Source: Thermoanaerobaculia bacterium (GTDB lineage: Bacteria > Acidobacteriota > Thermoanaerobaculia > UBA5066). Taken from it: a stretch of 64,000 bases of DNA. The notes beneath the pieces are model-generated. The model did not search any database, was not told the origin of the DNA, and worked only from the letters and a program-made list of their open reading frames with translations. The translations under genes and the position numbers were made by a program. Shown one piece after another: positions 51,601 through 61,233 of this stretch; the first letter of the stretch is position 1, and the number at the start of each line of letters is the position of its first letter. Location of the stretch: positions 736,001-800,000 of the forward strand of contig CAVRAY010000001.1 in assembly GCA_963719225.1 (NCBI GenBank). Direction: 5' to 3'.

Positions 51601-52042
51601 CCGTGTAGAGCTGCGTGTGCCGGTTGTTGACCGCCGCGCGCGGCGACGTGAAGAGGACGGCCTTGCCGTCCGGCGTGAACGCCTGCACGACGTCGCGGCC
51701 CGGGTGCCACGTGAGGCGCTTCGGCACGCCGCCGGCGGCGGGGACGACGAAGACGTCGAGGTTGCCGTCCAGCTCGGCGCTGAACGCGAGGAGCGAGCCG
51801 TCCGGGCTGAAGGCGGGACGCATCTTCACGCCGGGCCCCGAGCTGATGCGTTGGACACCGCCGCCGTCGAGGCGGCAGGTCCAGACGTCGTTCCCGTAGA
51901 CGAAAGCGATCCGGTCGGCCGAGAGCGCGGGGTCCGTGAGCATCTTCGATGGCCCGTACGGCGCCGTCGCTGCGAGCGCAACGGAGGCGTCGGCGTAAGA
52001 CAGCACGAGGGAAAGGGCAACGGCGGCGAGAGGCACGCGCAT
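48641..52042 (-). CDS. Tricorn-like S41 protease
   Basis: WD40-like PD40 repeats, WKRYRGG, PDZ region, DERFNGGG, GSGGD, RTWGG; signal peptide. Confidence 0.95.
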   Translation of the reverse strand: MRVPLAAVALSLVLSYADASVALAATAPYGPSKMLTDPALSADRIAFVYGNDVWTCRLDGGGVQRISSGPGVKMRPAFSPDGSLLAFSAELDGNLDVFVVPAAGGVPKRLTWHPGRDVVQAFTPDGKAVLFTSPRAAVNNRHTQLYTVPVEGGLETALPIPYADRAAYSPDGKTIAYSPNGPRHLQWKRYRGGTVSRIWLYDVATHAIQHVPQPATRCNDADPIWVNGAGGGGGATIVLRSDRDGEFNLYVLDQTADPASPSKKSFSLSRLTRYTDFPVLNASGAAGRIVFEQAGTLHLLDPASKKVTDLSITVPGDLLETRPRWAKGAKWIRGAALSPSGARAAFEFRGEIVTVPAEKGDARNLTRTTAFHERAPAWSPDGKEIAYVSDESGENEIVVRAQDGKGAPKTIKVPGAGFYDELVFSPDGKKIVLTDNSLTLHIVDVASGASKKIATERLYAPARYRMLRGSWSPDSRWVAYTLSGPTYIRTAYVYSLDEGKSYPLTDGLSDVSDPAFDKAGRLLYFLASTDAGPQRNWFSLQNTDARITNAIYVATLKRGTPSPLAKESDEEKGEEAKEGKTDEKKEDSSKGAKGKPPAPVVIDRDGFNVRIVDLPVHPAEISNLQAGSAGQLFFQRKADGKTSVQRFDFKERKAETVVPEAEDYFVSFDGKKILFRQKDKESAPREAPPGAPQKESWSLVSSSPKKADTKDGSDGKPKEGSDGKLKLDAIAVRVDPRDEWPEIFDEAWRVNRDYFYDPKMHGADWKAMKAKYAAFVPYLSSRTDLNRLIQWMCSELAVGHHRNTPGDSFAEIAHVQGGLLGADYEVANGRYRFKKVFGGLNWNPELRAPLSEPGVEVRSGEYLLAVNGKDLAPPENLYARFEGTAGKIIEITVGPKPDGTLSRTVSVVPVADEATLRNRDWVEGNLRKVDAATGGRVAYVYVPNTAELGHTYFKRYFYPQASRDAIIVDERFNGGGSVADYYIEALTRQPIAWWAMRYGDDLKTPSASIQGPKVMLIDETAGSGGDLLPWMFRHFKVGTLVGQRTWGGLVGILGFPTLMDGAVVTAPNLGFWTPEEGFGVENVGVPPDVEVEQMPADVIAGHDPQLEKAIAIVMEELKKNPPQKPKRPAMPVR

Positions 52043-52245
52043 GGGGACTCCTCGGAAGAGACTCAAGGCAAGGAACGGATTCTGGCACGCCGCCTTCCCC
52101 CCGCACGCGGGAGACAAAAAAGCGTCCCGCGTGGCGGTCAAAAGGCTCCGCCATCGACACAAATTCGAAGAAAGAGGGAGATTCGACCTGGCCCGCGCGA
52201 TGCATGGAAACGCTCGGCGACGTGAAACGGCGTCGAGGAGAGACC

Positions 52246-52620
52246 GTGTTCGCTCGCACGCCCGAGGACTGCGACCGCCTGTTCGCCGACCGCGTAAACG
52301 CCGGTGACGTCGAGGGCGTCCTGGCGCTGTACGAGGACCGCGGCTGCTACGTGCTCCGCGACGGCGTCGCGACGGGCGCGGCGGCGATCCGGCCGGTCAT
52401 CGAGGAGATGATCGCGGCCAGGTCGAGGATCGAATGCCAGGTGAAGCGCGTCGTGCACGCGGGCGAGGGCCTCGCCCTCCTCTACAACGACTGGCGCCTG
52501 ACCGTCGGCGGCGACGACGACTTGTCGGTCGAGCGGTCGGGCAGGGCGCTCGAGCTCGTCCGGCGCCAGGTCGACGGCACGTGGCGGTTCGTCATCGACG
52601 ATCCGTACGGGAGGTCGTGA
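52246..52620 (+). CDS. SnoaL/NTF2-like (DUF4440/YybH) protein
   Basis: NAGDVEGVLALY...RRQVDGTWRFVIDDPYG; RBS GAGGAG. Confidence 0.85.
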   Translation: MFARTPEDCDRLFADRVNAGDVEGVLALYEDRGCYVLRDGVATGAAAIRPVIEEMIAARSRIECQVKRVVHAGEGLALLYNDWRLTVGGDDDLSVERSGRALELVRRQVDGTWRFVIDDPYGRS

Positions 52621-52628
52621 GCCCGCGC

Positions 52629-54446
52629 TCAGAACCCGTTCGGCCGCTCGTCGCGCACGCCGAACGCCTTCTCGAGCGCGATTCCCGCGCGGCCGATCGT
52701 CCCCTCGTCGAAGAGCCGGCCGATCAGCGTGACGCCGTGCGGGACCCGCCTCTTCGGCGAGAACTTCGGGAGCGGCCGGGCGGGATCGGGCGCCCAGTCG
52801 CTGCGCGCCTCCCCCACCTCGACGAAGCCCGCGGGCAGCGTGAGCGAGGGGTGGCCGGTGAAGTTCGTGATCGTGAGGATCTCGTCGCGGAGGGACGGCA
52901 CGAGGAGGAAGTCGACCGTCGAGAAGATCCGCGCCATCTCCTGCGCCACCTTGCGGCGCAGCCGGTCGGCCTGCACGTAGTCGACGGCCGAGAGAAACCG
53001 CGACTGTCGGAACGTGTTCGGCCAGGCGTCAGGCACCTGCATCCTCAGCTCGTCGAGGCCGCCGGAGAGCGTCAGCTCCTCGAACGCGGCCGCCGCTTCC
53101 GCGAAGAGGATCGTGTTGAGCGAGCCGTACGGCCAGTCCGGGAGGCCGACCTCGACCGGCGCCATGCCGAGGCGGCGGACCGTCTCGAGCGAGGCACGGT
53201 CGACGTCGGTCGCCGGGCTCTCCCTCATCCACCCCGGGAAATATCCGACCTTGAGGCCGGCGACGGGGCCGTCCGCCTCGAAATCGAGACGGCTCGGGAC
53301 GCTCGAAAGGTCGCCGGCGTCCGGGCCGGAGATCGCGGCGAGAACGAGCATCGCGTCCTCGACGCCGCGGGTCATGGGGCCGAGCTTGTCCATCGACCAG
53401 CAGAGAGTCATCGCGCCCGTGCGCGCGACGCGCCCGAACGTCGGCCTGAGACCGGTCACGCCGCAGCGCATCGAGGGGTCGACGATGCTCCCTTCCGTCT
53501 CGCTCCCGATGGCGAAACCGACGCACCCTGCCGCAGTCGCCGAGCCGGGTCCCGCGCTGCTGCCGCCCGACCCCTCCTCGAGGACCCACGGGTTCTTCGT
53601 CTCGCCGCCGTACCAGATGTCGTTGAGGGCGAGCGCACCCAGGCTCAGCTTGGCGACGAGGACGGCGCCCGCCTCGTGGAGACGTTTCACGACGACGGCG
53701 TCCGCGTCGGGGACGCGATTCCGATACGTCTCCGCGCCCCAGGTCGTGCGGATGCCCTTCGTGTCGAGGAGGTCCTTCACGCCCCACGGGATGCCGTGCA
53801 GCGGGCCGCGGTACCTTCCTGCCGCGATTTCGGCGTCGGCTCGGCGGGCCTGTTCGAGAGCGAGCTCGGGCGTGAGCGTGATGACGCACTTGAGCTTCGG
53901 ATCGAAGCGCGACAGCCGCTCCAGGTAGAGGCGCGTCAGCCGCTCCGAGCTGAGCGCGCGAGATTGGATCCAGCGGGACAGAGCCGTCACGGGCGCGAAG
54001 GCGACGTCCGCGTCAGCCTTCGGCATCGGCCCCGGGTCGGCTTGCCCGCGGAGAAAGCGGTCGCGCAGCGGTCCGGCCGTGAGGCCCGGCAGGACGGGAT
54101 CCCACCGGGACGCGGGCGCGAGCGACGCCTCGAGGGCGACCTTCCTCGGCCCCGTGCGCCGTTCCATCGTGCCCGCCATGGCCTGACGCCAGTTGCCGGC
54201 GGCCTGCGCGCGCGCCTTCGGGGTGAGCGCCACGCGGACGAGCTTCTCGGCCTCGGCGATTGTCGCGACGGTCACCTCGGGGCCGACGGCGGGCGCCGTG
54301 CCGAAGGCGGGCGGCATTCCCGCGACGGGTGTCGGCTGAGAGGAAGGAGCCAAAGGCGGCGTCTGCGCGTCCGCGCGCATTCCCGTGACGAGCGCTGCGG
54401 CGGAGGCGGCTGTGGTCGCGAGGAACTCGCGGCGGGACTTGGGCAT
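52629..54446 (-). CDS. Tat-exported amidase (amidase signature family)
   Basis: SRREFL Tat motif; GVKDL, GGSSAG, GSETEGSI. Confidence 0.92.
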   Translation of the reverse strand: MPKSRREFLATTAASAAALVTGMRADAQTPPLAPSSQPTPVAGMPPAFGTAPAVGPEVTVATIAEAEKLVRVALTPKARAQAAGNWRQAMAGTMERRTGPRKVALEASLAPASRWDPVLPGLTAGPLRDRFLRGQADPGPMPKADADVAFAPVTALSRWIQSRALSSERLTRLYLERLSRFDPKLKCVITLTPELALEQARRADAEIAAGRYRGPLHGIPWGVKDLLDTKGIRTTWGAETYRNRVPDADAVVVKRLHEAGAVLVAKLSLGALALNDIWYGGETKNPWVLEEGSGGSSAGPGSATAAGCVGFAIGSETEGSIVDPSMRCGVTGLRPTFGRVARTGAMTLCWSMDKLGPMTRGVEDAMLVLAAISGPDAGDLSSVPSRLDFEADGPVAGLKVGYFPGWMRESPATDVDRASLETVRRLGMAPVEVGLPDWPYGSLNTILFAEAAAAFEELTLSGGLDELRMQVPDAWPNTFRQSRFLSAVDYVQADRLRRKVAQEMARIFSTVDFLLVPSLRDEILTITNFTGHPSLTLPAGFVEVGEARSDWAPDPARPLPKFSPKRRVPHGVTLIGRLFDEGTIGRAGIALEKAFGVRDERPNGF

Positions 54447-54509
54447 GGTCGTCCTTTCCGTCCGGCGTGGGAAGAGCGGTAAGCCTGTCATAAGTCGATA
54501 ACATGGGTC

Positions 54510-55994
54510 ATCGCTTCTTCGCGCGTTGACCCGCCCCTCGCGGCGCCCGGGACGGCCGGCGGTCCACCCCCGTTCCGGGCGCGCGAGCTCTTCCTGCCGT
54601 TCGGGATAGCGCTCGTCCTCGGAACCGTCGCCCTGAGGCGCGGCCCGCTCTTCGTGGACGACGCGTACATCACGTTTCGTTACGCCCGAAACCTCGCCGA
54701 GGGAGCCGGTCTCGTCTACAACGCGGGCGAGCGCGTCCTCGGGACGTCCGCGCCGCTCTTCGCCCTTCTCCTCGCGGGCCTCCACCGGCTCACGGGCACG
54801 TCGATTCCGGCCCTCGCGTTCGCGTTGGGAGCCGCGTGCCTGCCGCTCGTCGCGCTGCTGGCGTATCGGCTCGCGCGGCGCGTGACCGGGCCCGCGTTCG
54901 CGCTCATCTTCGTCGCGGCCGGGCTCTCGCCGCGCGAGTCCCTCCGGGTGTTCTCGTCCGGCATGGAGACGCCGCTCTACCTTTTCGGGCTCTTACTCGC
55001 GGTCGAGCTCGCGTGCCGCGGGCGCGACGTGACCGCCTTCGCCGCCACCTCGGCGCTCTCTTTCCTGCATCCCGACGCCGCCGTCCTCGCCGTTGCGCTC
55101 TTCGTGGCGCTGCGCGCCGTCAATGGACGGTGGCCGTGGCGTGCGTCCGTCGTCGGTCTCGCGCCGGCCGCGGCCGCCGCGGGCGCCCTCTGGATCGCGT
55201 ACGGCTCACCGCTCCCGCACAGCGTGACAGCCAAGCGGCTCGCGTACGCGATGCCCTCCGGCCACGCGTTCTCCAGGCTCACCGAGTCGATCCTCGACCT
55301 GCTCGTCGCGGGGGAGACGCCGGGCCCGCCGTTCGTCGCGGCTCTCGTGGCCGCCGCGGCGCTCGCAATGATTCTCGTCCTGGGCCGGGCCGCTCTCGCC
55401 GGGCTTCCGACTCTCTCCTTTGCCGGCTTCTCGGCTCTCTACGTGACGGCCTTCGCCCTCGCGAACCCCCTCGTCTTCGACTGGTACCTCCCGCCGCTCG
55501 CGCTCGCCGCGGCCTTCGTCCTGGCGGCATGCGTGGGACGCCTTCCCCGGGCAGGTCGCGCGGCGGCGGCCTTCCTCCTCGCCGCTTCGGCCGTGGTGCA
55601 CGTCGCGGCGTTCCGCCCCTACGAGCCGTCGGGACGGGAAGACGTCTACGCCCGCGCGGCGGCGTCCCTGAACCTGAGGCCGGACGAAACCGTCGCGGCG
55701 CCGGAAATCGGCGCGCTCGGCTGGGCGACGCGTGCGCGCGTCCTCGACACGACGGGTCTCGTCTCGCCCCAGGCCCTCGCCTGGCTCGAACGGCCGGTGG
55801 GCGAGGGCGGCTCGATTCCGCCGCGTCTCCTCCGTCTTACGGACGCGGCCGCGCTCGTCGCGCTCGACCGTTTCCTCGAGCCTTCGCTCGCCGCCGATCC
55901 GGGAGCGCTGGACCGTTGGTCGGAAGTCGCGCGTTATCCCGCGTACGCCTGGGGCGGCCCAAGGACGGTGCGCGTCTACCGGCGGGCGCGCTGA
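54510..55994 (+). CDS. GT-C-type membrane glycosyltransferase (arabinofuranosyltransferase-like); start uncertain
   Basis: DDAYITFRYARNL..G.G.VYN, SGMET, EIGA.G, D..GL. The frame stays open upstream of GTG 54654 through a TM helix. Confidence 0.75.
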   Translation: MASSRVDPPLAAPGTAGGPPPFRARELFLPFGIALVLGTVALRRGPLFVDDAYITFRYARNLAEGAGLVYNAGERVLGTSAPLFALLLAGLHRLTGTSIPALAFALGAACLPLVALLAYRLARRVTGPAFALIFVAAGLSPRESLRVFSSGMETPLYLFGLLLAVELACRGRDVTAFAATSALSFLHPDAAVLAVALFVALRAVNGRWPWRASVVGLAPAAAAAGALWIAYGSPLPHSVTAKRLAYAMPSGHAFSRLTESILDLLVAGETPGPPFVAALVAAAALAMILVLGRAALAGLPTLSFAGFSALYVTAFALANPLVFDWYLPPLALAAAFVLAACVGRLPRAGRAAAAFLLAASAVVHVAAFRPYEPSGREDVYARAAASLNLRPDETVAAPEIGALGWATRARVLDTTGLVSPQALAWLERPVGEGGSIPPRLLRLTDAAALVALDRFLEPSLAADPGALDRWSEVARYPAYAWGGPRTVRVYRRAR

Positions 55995-55995
55995 G

Positions 55996-56802
55996 TCAAC
56001 AAGGTTCCGCGGGGCGCCGGTAGAAGAGCGAGTGGCCGGCCGGAGAGAACCCCGCGGCCTCGTAGACTCGGCCGGCGCGCCGATCGGCGGCGGAGAGGAA
56101 GACGAGGGTGGAGCCGAGCCGAAACGCGGCGCGGACGGCGGAGCACGAGAGGAACCCGCCGATGCCCCGTCCCCGGAACGCCTCGAGCGTCGAGACGCCC
56201 ACGAGCTCCGCGAGGCCGTCGTGCGGCGGCTGGATCATGGCCGTCGCGACGGGCTCGCCCGCGATCCGGGCGAGGAACGCGACCCCGTCGCCCAGCGTCT
56301 CGCGCAAGTTGCGAGCCTCCTCCTCCGAGGGCATCCGCGCGGAAGGGAGTCCGAAGGCGCGCCGCTGAACCTCGAGAAAGGCCGCGAACTCCGAAAGCGT
56401 CGTCGCGGCGTCGAGCGAGGTGACCTCGAGGCCGCTCACGGCCGGCGCATCGCGCTCTCTTCCGCGCGGGCACACCATGAGCTGGGCCCGGTTCTCCAGA
56501 ACGAACCCGTGCGCCTCGAGAGTCCCGGCGAGTTGCGGCGCGCACGCCTCGACGTACTCGAATCGCGGCACGCGGCGGCGGGCATGAAACTCCGTCTCGA
56601 GGCGGTCGAGACGAGCAGTCAGGTTGCCCGCCGTCGCGCCGGCGCCGTCGGGAATCGCGTAATTGAAATAGGGCAGCGGGTCCGTGTCGTGAAAGAAGAG
56701 CGTGAACGGAGGGACGAGGACCGCCTCGTACTGCCGGCGCGCGACCGCGCGCATCTGGGCCTGGATGCGCTCGAGGAGAGGCCCCTCCGCCGTCGGGATC
56801 AT
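55996..56802 (-). CDS. GNAT N-acetyltransferase
   Basis: VSTLEAFRGRGIG and VYEAAGF. Confidence 0.88.
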   Translation of the reverse strand: MIPTAEGPLLERIQAQMRAVARRQYEAVLVPPFTLFFHDTDPLPYFNYAIPDGAGATAGNLTARLDRLETEFHARRRVPRFEYVEACAPQLAGTLEAHGFVLENRAQLMVCPRGRERDAPAVSGLEVTSLDAATTLSEFAAFLEVQRRAFGLPSARMPSEEEARNLRETLGDGVAFLARIAGEPVATAMIQPPHDGLAELVGVSTLEAFRGRGIGGFLSCSAVRAAFRLGSTLVFLSAADRRAGRVYEAAGFSPAGHSLFYRRPAEPC

Positions 56803-56842
56803 CGCGTCATTCTAGGTGGCGCGCTCTGCTAGCCTCTCGCAC

Positions 56843-58132
56843 ATGACGCTCAGGAAACCCGCTCTTGCCGCTTGTGCCTCATTCCTCCTCGCTCTGGTCT
56901 CGCCCGCGCCGGCCCAACAAAACTCCGCGACGGTTCTCGTGAAGGCCGGCTCGCTCGTGGACGTCGCGTCCGGGGCCGTGAAGAAAGGCCAGGAGATCCT
57001 GATCGAGAACGGAGTGATCAAGGACGTGGGGCCGAGTCTCGTGGTCCCGGCGGGCACGCGGATCGTCGATCTCTCCCAAAGAACGGTCCTCCCGGGCCTC
57101 ATCGACGTGCATACGCACATCACGTCCCAGCCGGAGGATTACTACGCGGACCGCTTCCGGCGGTCTCCGATCGACGTCGCCGTCACCGCGCACGTCTATG
57201 CCAGGCGCACCCTCGAGGCCGGTTTCACGACGTTGCGTGTCGTGGGCTCGCCCGAATACGTCGACGTGGCGCTCCGCAACGCGATCGACGCCGGCAAGGT
57301 TTCCGGGCCTCGACTCAAGGTCGCGGGGCTCGCCATCGGGTCGACGGGCGGGCACGGAGACCTGACGGGCTTCTCCCCGTACCTCAGGTTCGAGCGCTTC
57401 TCCGGAGTCGCCGACGGCCTGGACGCCGTGCGCAAGCTCGTCCGGCAGAACGTGAAGTTTGGCGCCGACGTGATCAAGATGATCGCCTCGGCCGGCGTCC
57501 TCTCCGAGGAGGAGTCCGTCGGAGCGCCTCAGTACTCCCTCGAGGAGATGAAGGCGATCTGCGAGGAGTCCGCGATGTGGGGCCGCAAAGTCGCGGCGCA
57601 CGCGCACGGCACCGAGGCGATCAAGCGCGCGGTCGCGGCGGGGGTGGCATCGATCGAGCACGGGAGCCTGATCGACGACGAGGGAATCCGCATGATGAAG
57701 GAGCGGGGCACCGTCCTCGTGGCCGACGTCTACAACGACGACTGGATCCTCGCGGAGTTCGCGAAGATGGGCTACCCGGAGAAGATCATCGAGAAGGAGC
57801 GGAAGATCGGGCTCCTTCAGCGCCAGAATTTCCAGAAGGCCGTGAAGGCCGGCGTGAAGCAGGCGTACGGCACGGACGCCGGCGTCTATCCCCACGGCAT
57901 GAACGGCAAGCAGTTCGCGCACATGGTGCGCTGGGGCATGACCCCGCTCCAGGCGATCCAGGCGGCGACGGTGAACGCCGCCGATCTCCTCGGCTGGACG
58001 ATGGTCGGATCGATCGCGCCGGGCAAGTACGCCGACCTCGTGGCCGTCGACGGCGATCCTCTGAAGGACGTGACGCTCCTCGAGAGGATCCCGTTCGTCA
58101 TGAAGGGCGGAGAGGTGGTCGTCTCGCGATGA
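56843..58132 (+). CDS. Exported amidohydrolase (Xaa-Pro dipeptidase-like, M38)
   Basis: PGLIDVHTH, AAHAHG, SIEHG, GTDAG. Confidence 0.92.
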   Translation: MTLRKPALAACASFLLALVSPAPAQQNSATVLVKAGSLVDVASGAVKKGQEILIENGVIKDVGPSLVVPAGTRIVDLSQRTVLPGLIDVHTHITSQPEDYYADRFRRSPIDVAVTAHVYARRTLEAGFTTLRVVGSPEYVDVALRNAIDAGKVSGPRLKVAGLAIGSTGGHGDLTGFSPYLRFERFSGVADGLDAVRKLVRQNVKFGADVIKMIASAGVLSEEESVGAPQYSLEEMKAICEESAMWGRKVAAHAHGTEAIKRAVAAGVASIEHGSLIDDEGIRMMKERGTVLVADVYNDDWILAEFAKMGYPEKIIEKERKIGLLQRQNFQKAVKAGVKQAYGTDAGVYPHGMNGKQFAHMVRWGMTPLQAIQAATVNAADLLGWTMVGSIAPGKYADLVAVDGDPLKDVTLLERIPFVMKGGEVVVSR

Positions 58133-60525
58133 AGGCGCTCGTCGCGCTCGCGCTTCTCGCCCTCTCTCTCTCCGCCTCCGCCGCCGAGCCCCGCTTCGAG
58201 AAGCGCGGCGTGACGGTGAACGGCACCGCGTATCCCTACCAGGTCTTCGTGCCCGAGAGCTTCGCTCCCGGCTCGAGGCTTCCCGCCATCCTGTTCCTCC
58301 ATGGAGCCGGCGAGCGCGGCTCTCAGGGGGAGCACACGCACGTGGGCCTCGGGCGCGCGATCCGGAAGGACCCGTCGCGCTGGCCGTTCCTCGTCGTCTT
58401 CCCGCAGTGCCCGAAGGAGGCGCAGTGGATCGGAGACAGCCAGACCGCCGCGCTCCTCGCCCTCGAGGAGGCGCTCGTCGAGTTTCACGGCGATCGCGAG
58501 CGCGTGGTCCTCCTGGGCATGTCGATGGGTGGCGCGGGCGCCTGGTGGACCGCGTTTCAGAGGCCGGGACTTTTCGCGGCGGTCGTGCCCATCTGCGGCT
58601 ACATCGGATCGTCCCGCGGGTTCCCCATCCAGAGCTTCCGGCCGCCCGACATGCGCCGCGTCCTCGAGTCGAACGATCCTCACGGAATCGTCGCGCGGGG
58701 ACTCGGGAAGACGCCCGTGTGGGCGTTTCATGGCGACGCGGACGACACGATCCCGGTTACGGAGTCGCGGCGCATGGCCGAAGCGCTGCGCCTTGCGGGT
58801 GGAAATGCCGCGTACACGGAGTTCCCCGGAGTCGGCCACAACGCGTGGGACCCGGCGTTCGCCGAGCCCGATCTCGTCCCGTGGCTCCTCGCGCAGAAGC
58901 GGGGAGCGCCCGGCCGGCACCCGAAGCCGTCCACGTCGCCGGTCCTCTACACGGGGGCGACCGTGTACCGCGCGTGGGACTCCAGTCCCGCGAAGGACGC
59001 GATTCTCGTCGAGGGGGGCGGCGTGCGTTTCGTAGGCGCGGAGCGCGAAGCGCGCGCCCTCGCCCCCGAGGCGCGCGTCGTCGATCTCGGGGGCGCGGTC
59101 GTCGTGCCCGGCCTCACGGACGCGCACGGCCACCTTCGCGGCCTCGGAGCACTCCGGCGCTCGCTCGACCTCCGCGGCCTCTCGAAGGAGGAGATCCTCG
59201 CGCGCGTGAAAGCGCGGACCGAAACGGCCGCCCGGGGCGAGTGGATTCGCGGCCGCGGCTGGGATCAGAACAGGTGGCGGGAGAAGGGGTTTCCCACCGC
59301 TGCCGAGCTCTCAGCCGTTTCGCCCGGCCACCCCGTCGTTCTCGGGCGCGTGGACGGGCACGCCATCTGGGTGAACGAGGCGGCGCTCGCCGCCGCGCAC
59401 GTGACCGCGACGACGGAGGATCCCGACGGCGGTCGCATCGAACGCCTGGCGGACGGGCGTCCGGCCGGCGTCCTGCTGGACAACGCGAACGCCCTCGTCT
59501 GGAAGGCGATTCCCGAGCCCGGGCCGGACGAGATCGAGCGCGACTACCTCGCGGCCCTCGAGGCCTGCGCGCGCGTCGGCCTGACCGGCGTCGGCGACGC
59601 CTCCGGCTCGAGCGCGGAGGAGATTGGGATCCTGACCTCCCTCGCCCAGGGAAGGAAGATGCCGATCCGCGTGTACGCGACGGTGGGGCCGCGGAGTCTC
59701 GACGAGGCGATCGCAAAAGGTCCGCGTCAATCGGGACGGCTCACCGTGCGCGCCCTCAAGATCGTGGCGGACGGCGCGCTCGGTTCGCGCGGCGCCGCCC
59801 TTCTCGCCGATTACAGCGACGCGCCCGGCAACCAAGGCCTCGACGTGACGCCGCCCGAGGAAACGGAGCGTCTCGCGGAGAAGGCGCTCCGAGGCGGTTT
59901 TCAGGTCTGGGTGCACGCGATCGGCGACCGCGCGAACCGGGTGACGCTCGACGCGTACGAGAAGGCGCTCGCCGCCGTGCGTCCCGTCGACCCGCGCCCG
60001 CGGATCGAGCACGCCCAGATCCTCTCGCTTCGCGACCTCGATCGCTTCGCGAGGCTCGGCGTCATCGCCTCCGTGCAGCCGACGCACGCGACCTCGGACA
60101 TGCCATGGGCCGAAACGCGCGTCGGCCCGGAGCGTCTCCAGGGCGCATACGCCTGGCGATCGCTCCTGAGGTCGGGCGCGCATCTTGCCGGCGGAAGCGA
60201 CTTCGCCGTGGAGTCCGAGAACCCCCTTCTCGGCATCTACGCGGCCGTGACGCGGCAGGACCTCGCGGGCCATCCGCCGGGCGGCTGGCGGAAGGAGGAG
60301 GCGCTCACGCGGGCGGAGGCGCTCCGCCTCTTCACCGCCGACAACGCCTGGGCCGAGTTCGCCGAGTCGCGGCGCGGGCGGATCGCCGCCACGTATGACG
60401 CGGACTTCACCGTCCTCGACCGCGACATCGTCTCGGAAAAGACGGCGGTCGGAGAGATTCCGAGGGCGAAGGTGCGGATGACGGTCGTGGGCGGAGAGAT
60501 CGTGTACCGCGCCGCGACGCCCTGA
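58129..60525 (+). CDS. Fusion: alpha/beta-hydrolase + amidohydrolase_3 (YtcJ-like)
   Basis: N-terminal FLHGAGE, GMSMGG, HGDAD, GHNAW; C-terminal PGLTDAHGH, HAIGD, RIEHAQ, GSDF; ATGA overlap. Confidence 0.87.
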   Translation: MKALVALALLALSLSASAAEPRFEKRGVTVNGTAYPYQVFVPESFAPGSRLPAILFLHGAGERGSQGEHTHVGLGRAIRKDPSRWPFLVVFPQCPKEAQWIGDSQTAALLALEEALVEFHGDRERVVLLGMSMGGAGAWWTAFQRPGLFAAVVPICGYIGSSRGFPIQSFRPPDMRRVLESNDPHGIVARGLGKTPVWAFHGDADDTIPVTESRRMAEALRLAGGNAAYTEFPGVGHNAWDPAFAEPDLVPWLLAQKRGAPGRHPKPSTSPVLYTGATVYRAWDSSPAKDAILVEGGGVRFVGAEREARALAPEARVVDLGGAVVVPGLTDAHGHLRGLGALRRSLDLRGLSKEEILARVKARTETAARGEWIRGRGWDQNRWREKGFPTAAELSAVSPGHPVVLGRVDGHAIWVNEAALAAAHVTATTEDPDGGRIERLADGRPAGVLLDNANALVWKAIPEPGPDEIERDYLAALEACARVGLTGVGDASGSSAEEIGILTSLAQGRKMPIRVYATVGPRSLDEAIAKGPRQSGRLTVRALKIVADGALGSRGAALLADYSDAPGNQGLDVTPPEETERLAEKALRGGFQVWVHAIGDRANRVTLDAYEKALAAVRPVDPRPRIEHAQILSLRDLDRFARLGVIASVQPTHATSDMPWAETRVGPERLQGAYAWRSLLRSGAHLAGGSDFAVESENPLLGIYAAVTRQDLAGHPPGGWRKEEALTRAEALRLFTADNAWAEFAESRRGRIAATYDADFTVLDRDIVSEKTAVGEIPRAKVRMTVVGGEIVYRAATP

Positions 60526-60564
60526 CGCGGCGGCGCGTCGAGCCCTTCCGGCGATGCCGGCGGA

Positions 60565-61224
60565 TCAAGCCTGCCGCAGTGCTTCCGCAAGCACTGAGTG
60601 CCCGCGCTCCCCCGCGAGATCCGCGGCCGTCTTGCCGTCGTCGGTCCGCGCCGAGACGTCGGCGCCCCGCGCGCGGAGCAGGCGGACGATCTCGGTATTT
60701 CCCAGCGAGGCAGCGCTGTGAAGGCTCGTCCACCCGCTCTGCTGGCGGGTGTCGGGCGCGGCGCCCTTCTCGAGCAGCTTCTTGACCATCGCGACGTCGC
60801 CGCGCGAGGTCGCCGCGTGGAGCGGGCTGACCTTCATCGCGTTCGTGGACGCCGCGTTCGGGTCCGCGCCCGAAGCGAGGAGAAGGTCGGCGAGGGACGT
60901 GTGACCGAAGAACACCGCGAGGCCGAGGACGGGGAATCCGTCCGGCGAGACGGCTCGAGCCGCGGCCGGGTCCGCCGAAAGAAAGGCCCTCACCGCGGGG
61001 GCGTCGCCCGCGGCCGTGGCCTCGAAGAGGTCGAGGGACCGCCCGTGCTCGCGGAACACGTTCACGAGGCGTGCGTGGCCGCTGTATATGGCGAAGAGGA
61101 CGAACGACGATCCATCGGGGCGGCGCGCGTTCACGAGGCCGGGATCGGCGTCGAGGAGGGTTTCGACTGCGGCGGTATCGCCCTTTCGGACGGCCGCCGT
61201 GAGGGCTTCGAGGGGGTCGCTCAG
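60565..61224 (-). CDS. Ankyrin repeat protein (probable CTG start)
   Basis: SPLHAA, TSLHSAA, GADPN, GKTA. The frame extends 30 codons upstream of GTG 61134 to a CTG behind GAGGAG. Confidence 0.85.
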   Translation of the reverse strand: MSDPLEALTAAVRKGDTAAVETLLDADPGLVNARRPDGSSFVLFAIYSGHARLVNVFREHGRSLDLFEATAAGDAPAVRAFLSADPAAARAVSPDGFPVLGLAVFFGHTSLADLLLASGADPNAASTNAMKVSPLHAATSRGDVAMVKKLLEKGAAPDTRQQSGWTSLHSAASLGNTEIVRLLRARGADVSARTDDGKTAADLAGERGHSVLAEALRQA

Positions 61225-61233
61225 GCTCTCTCC

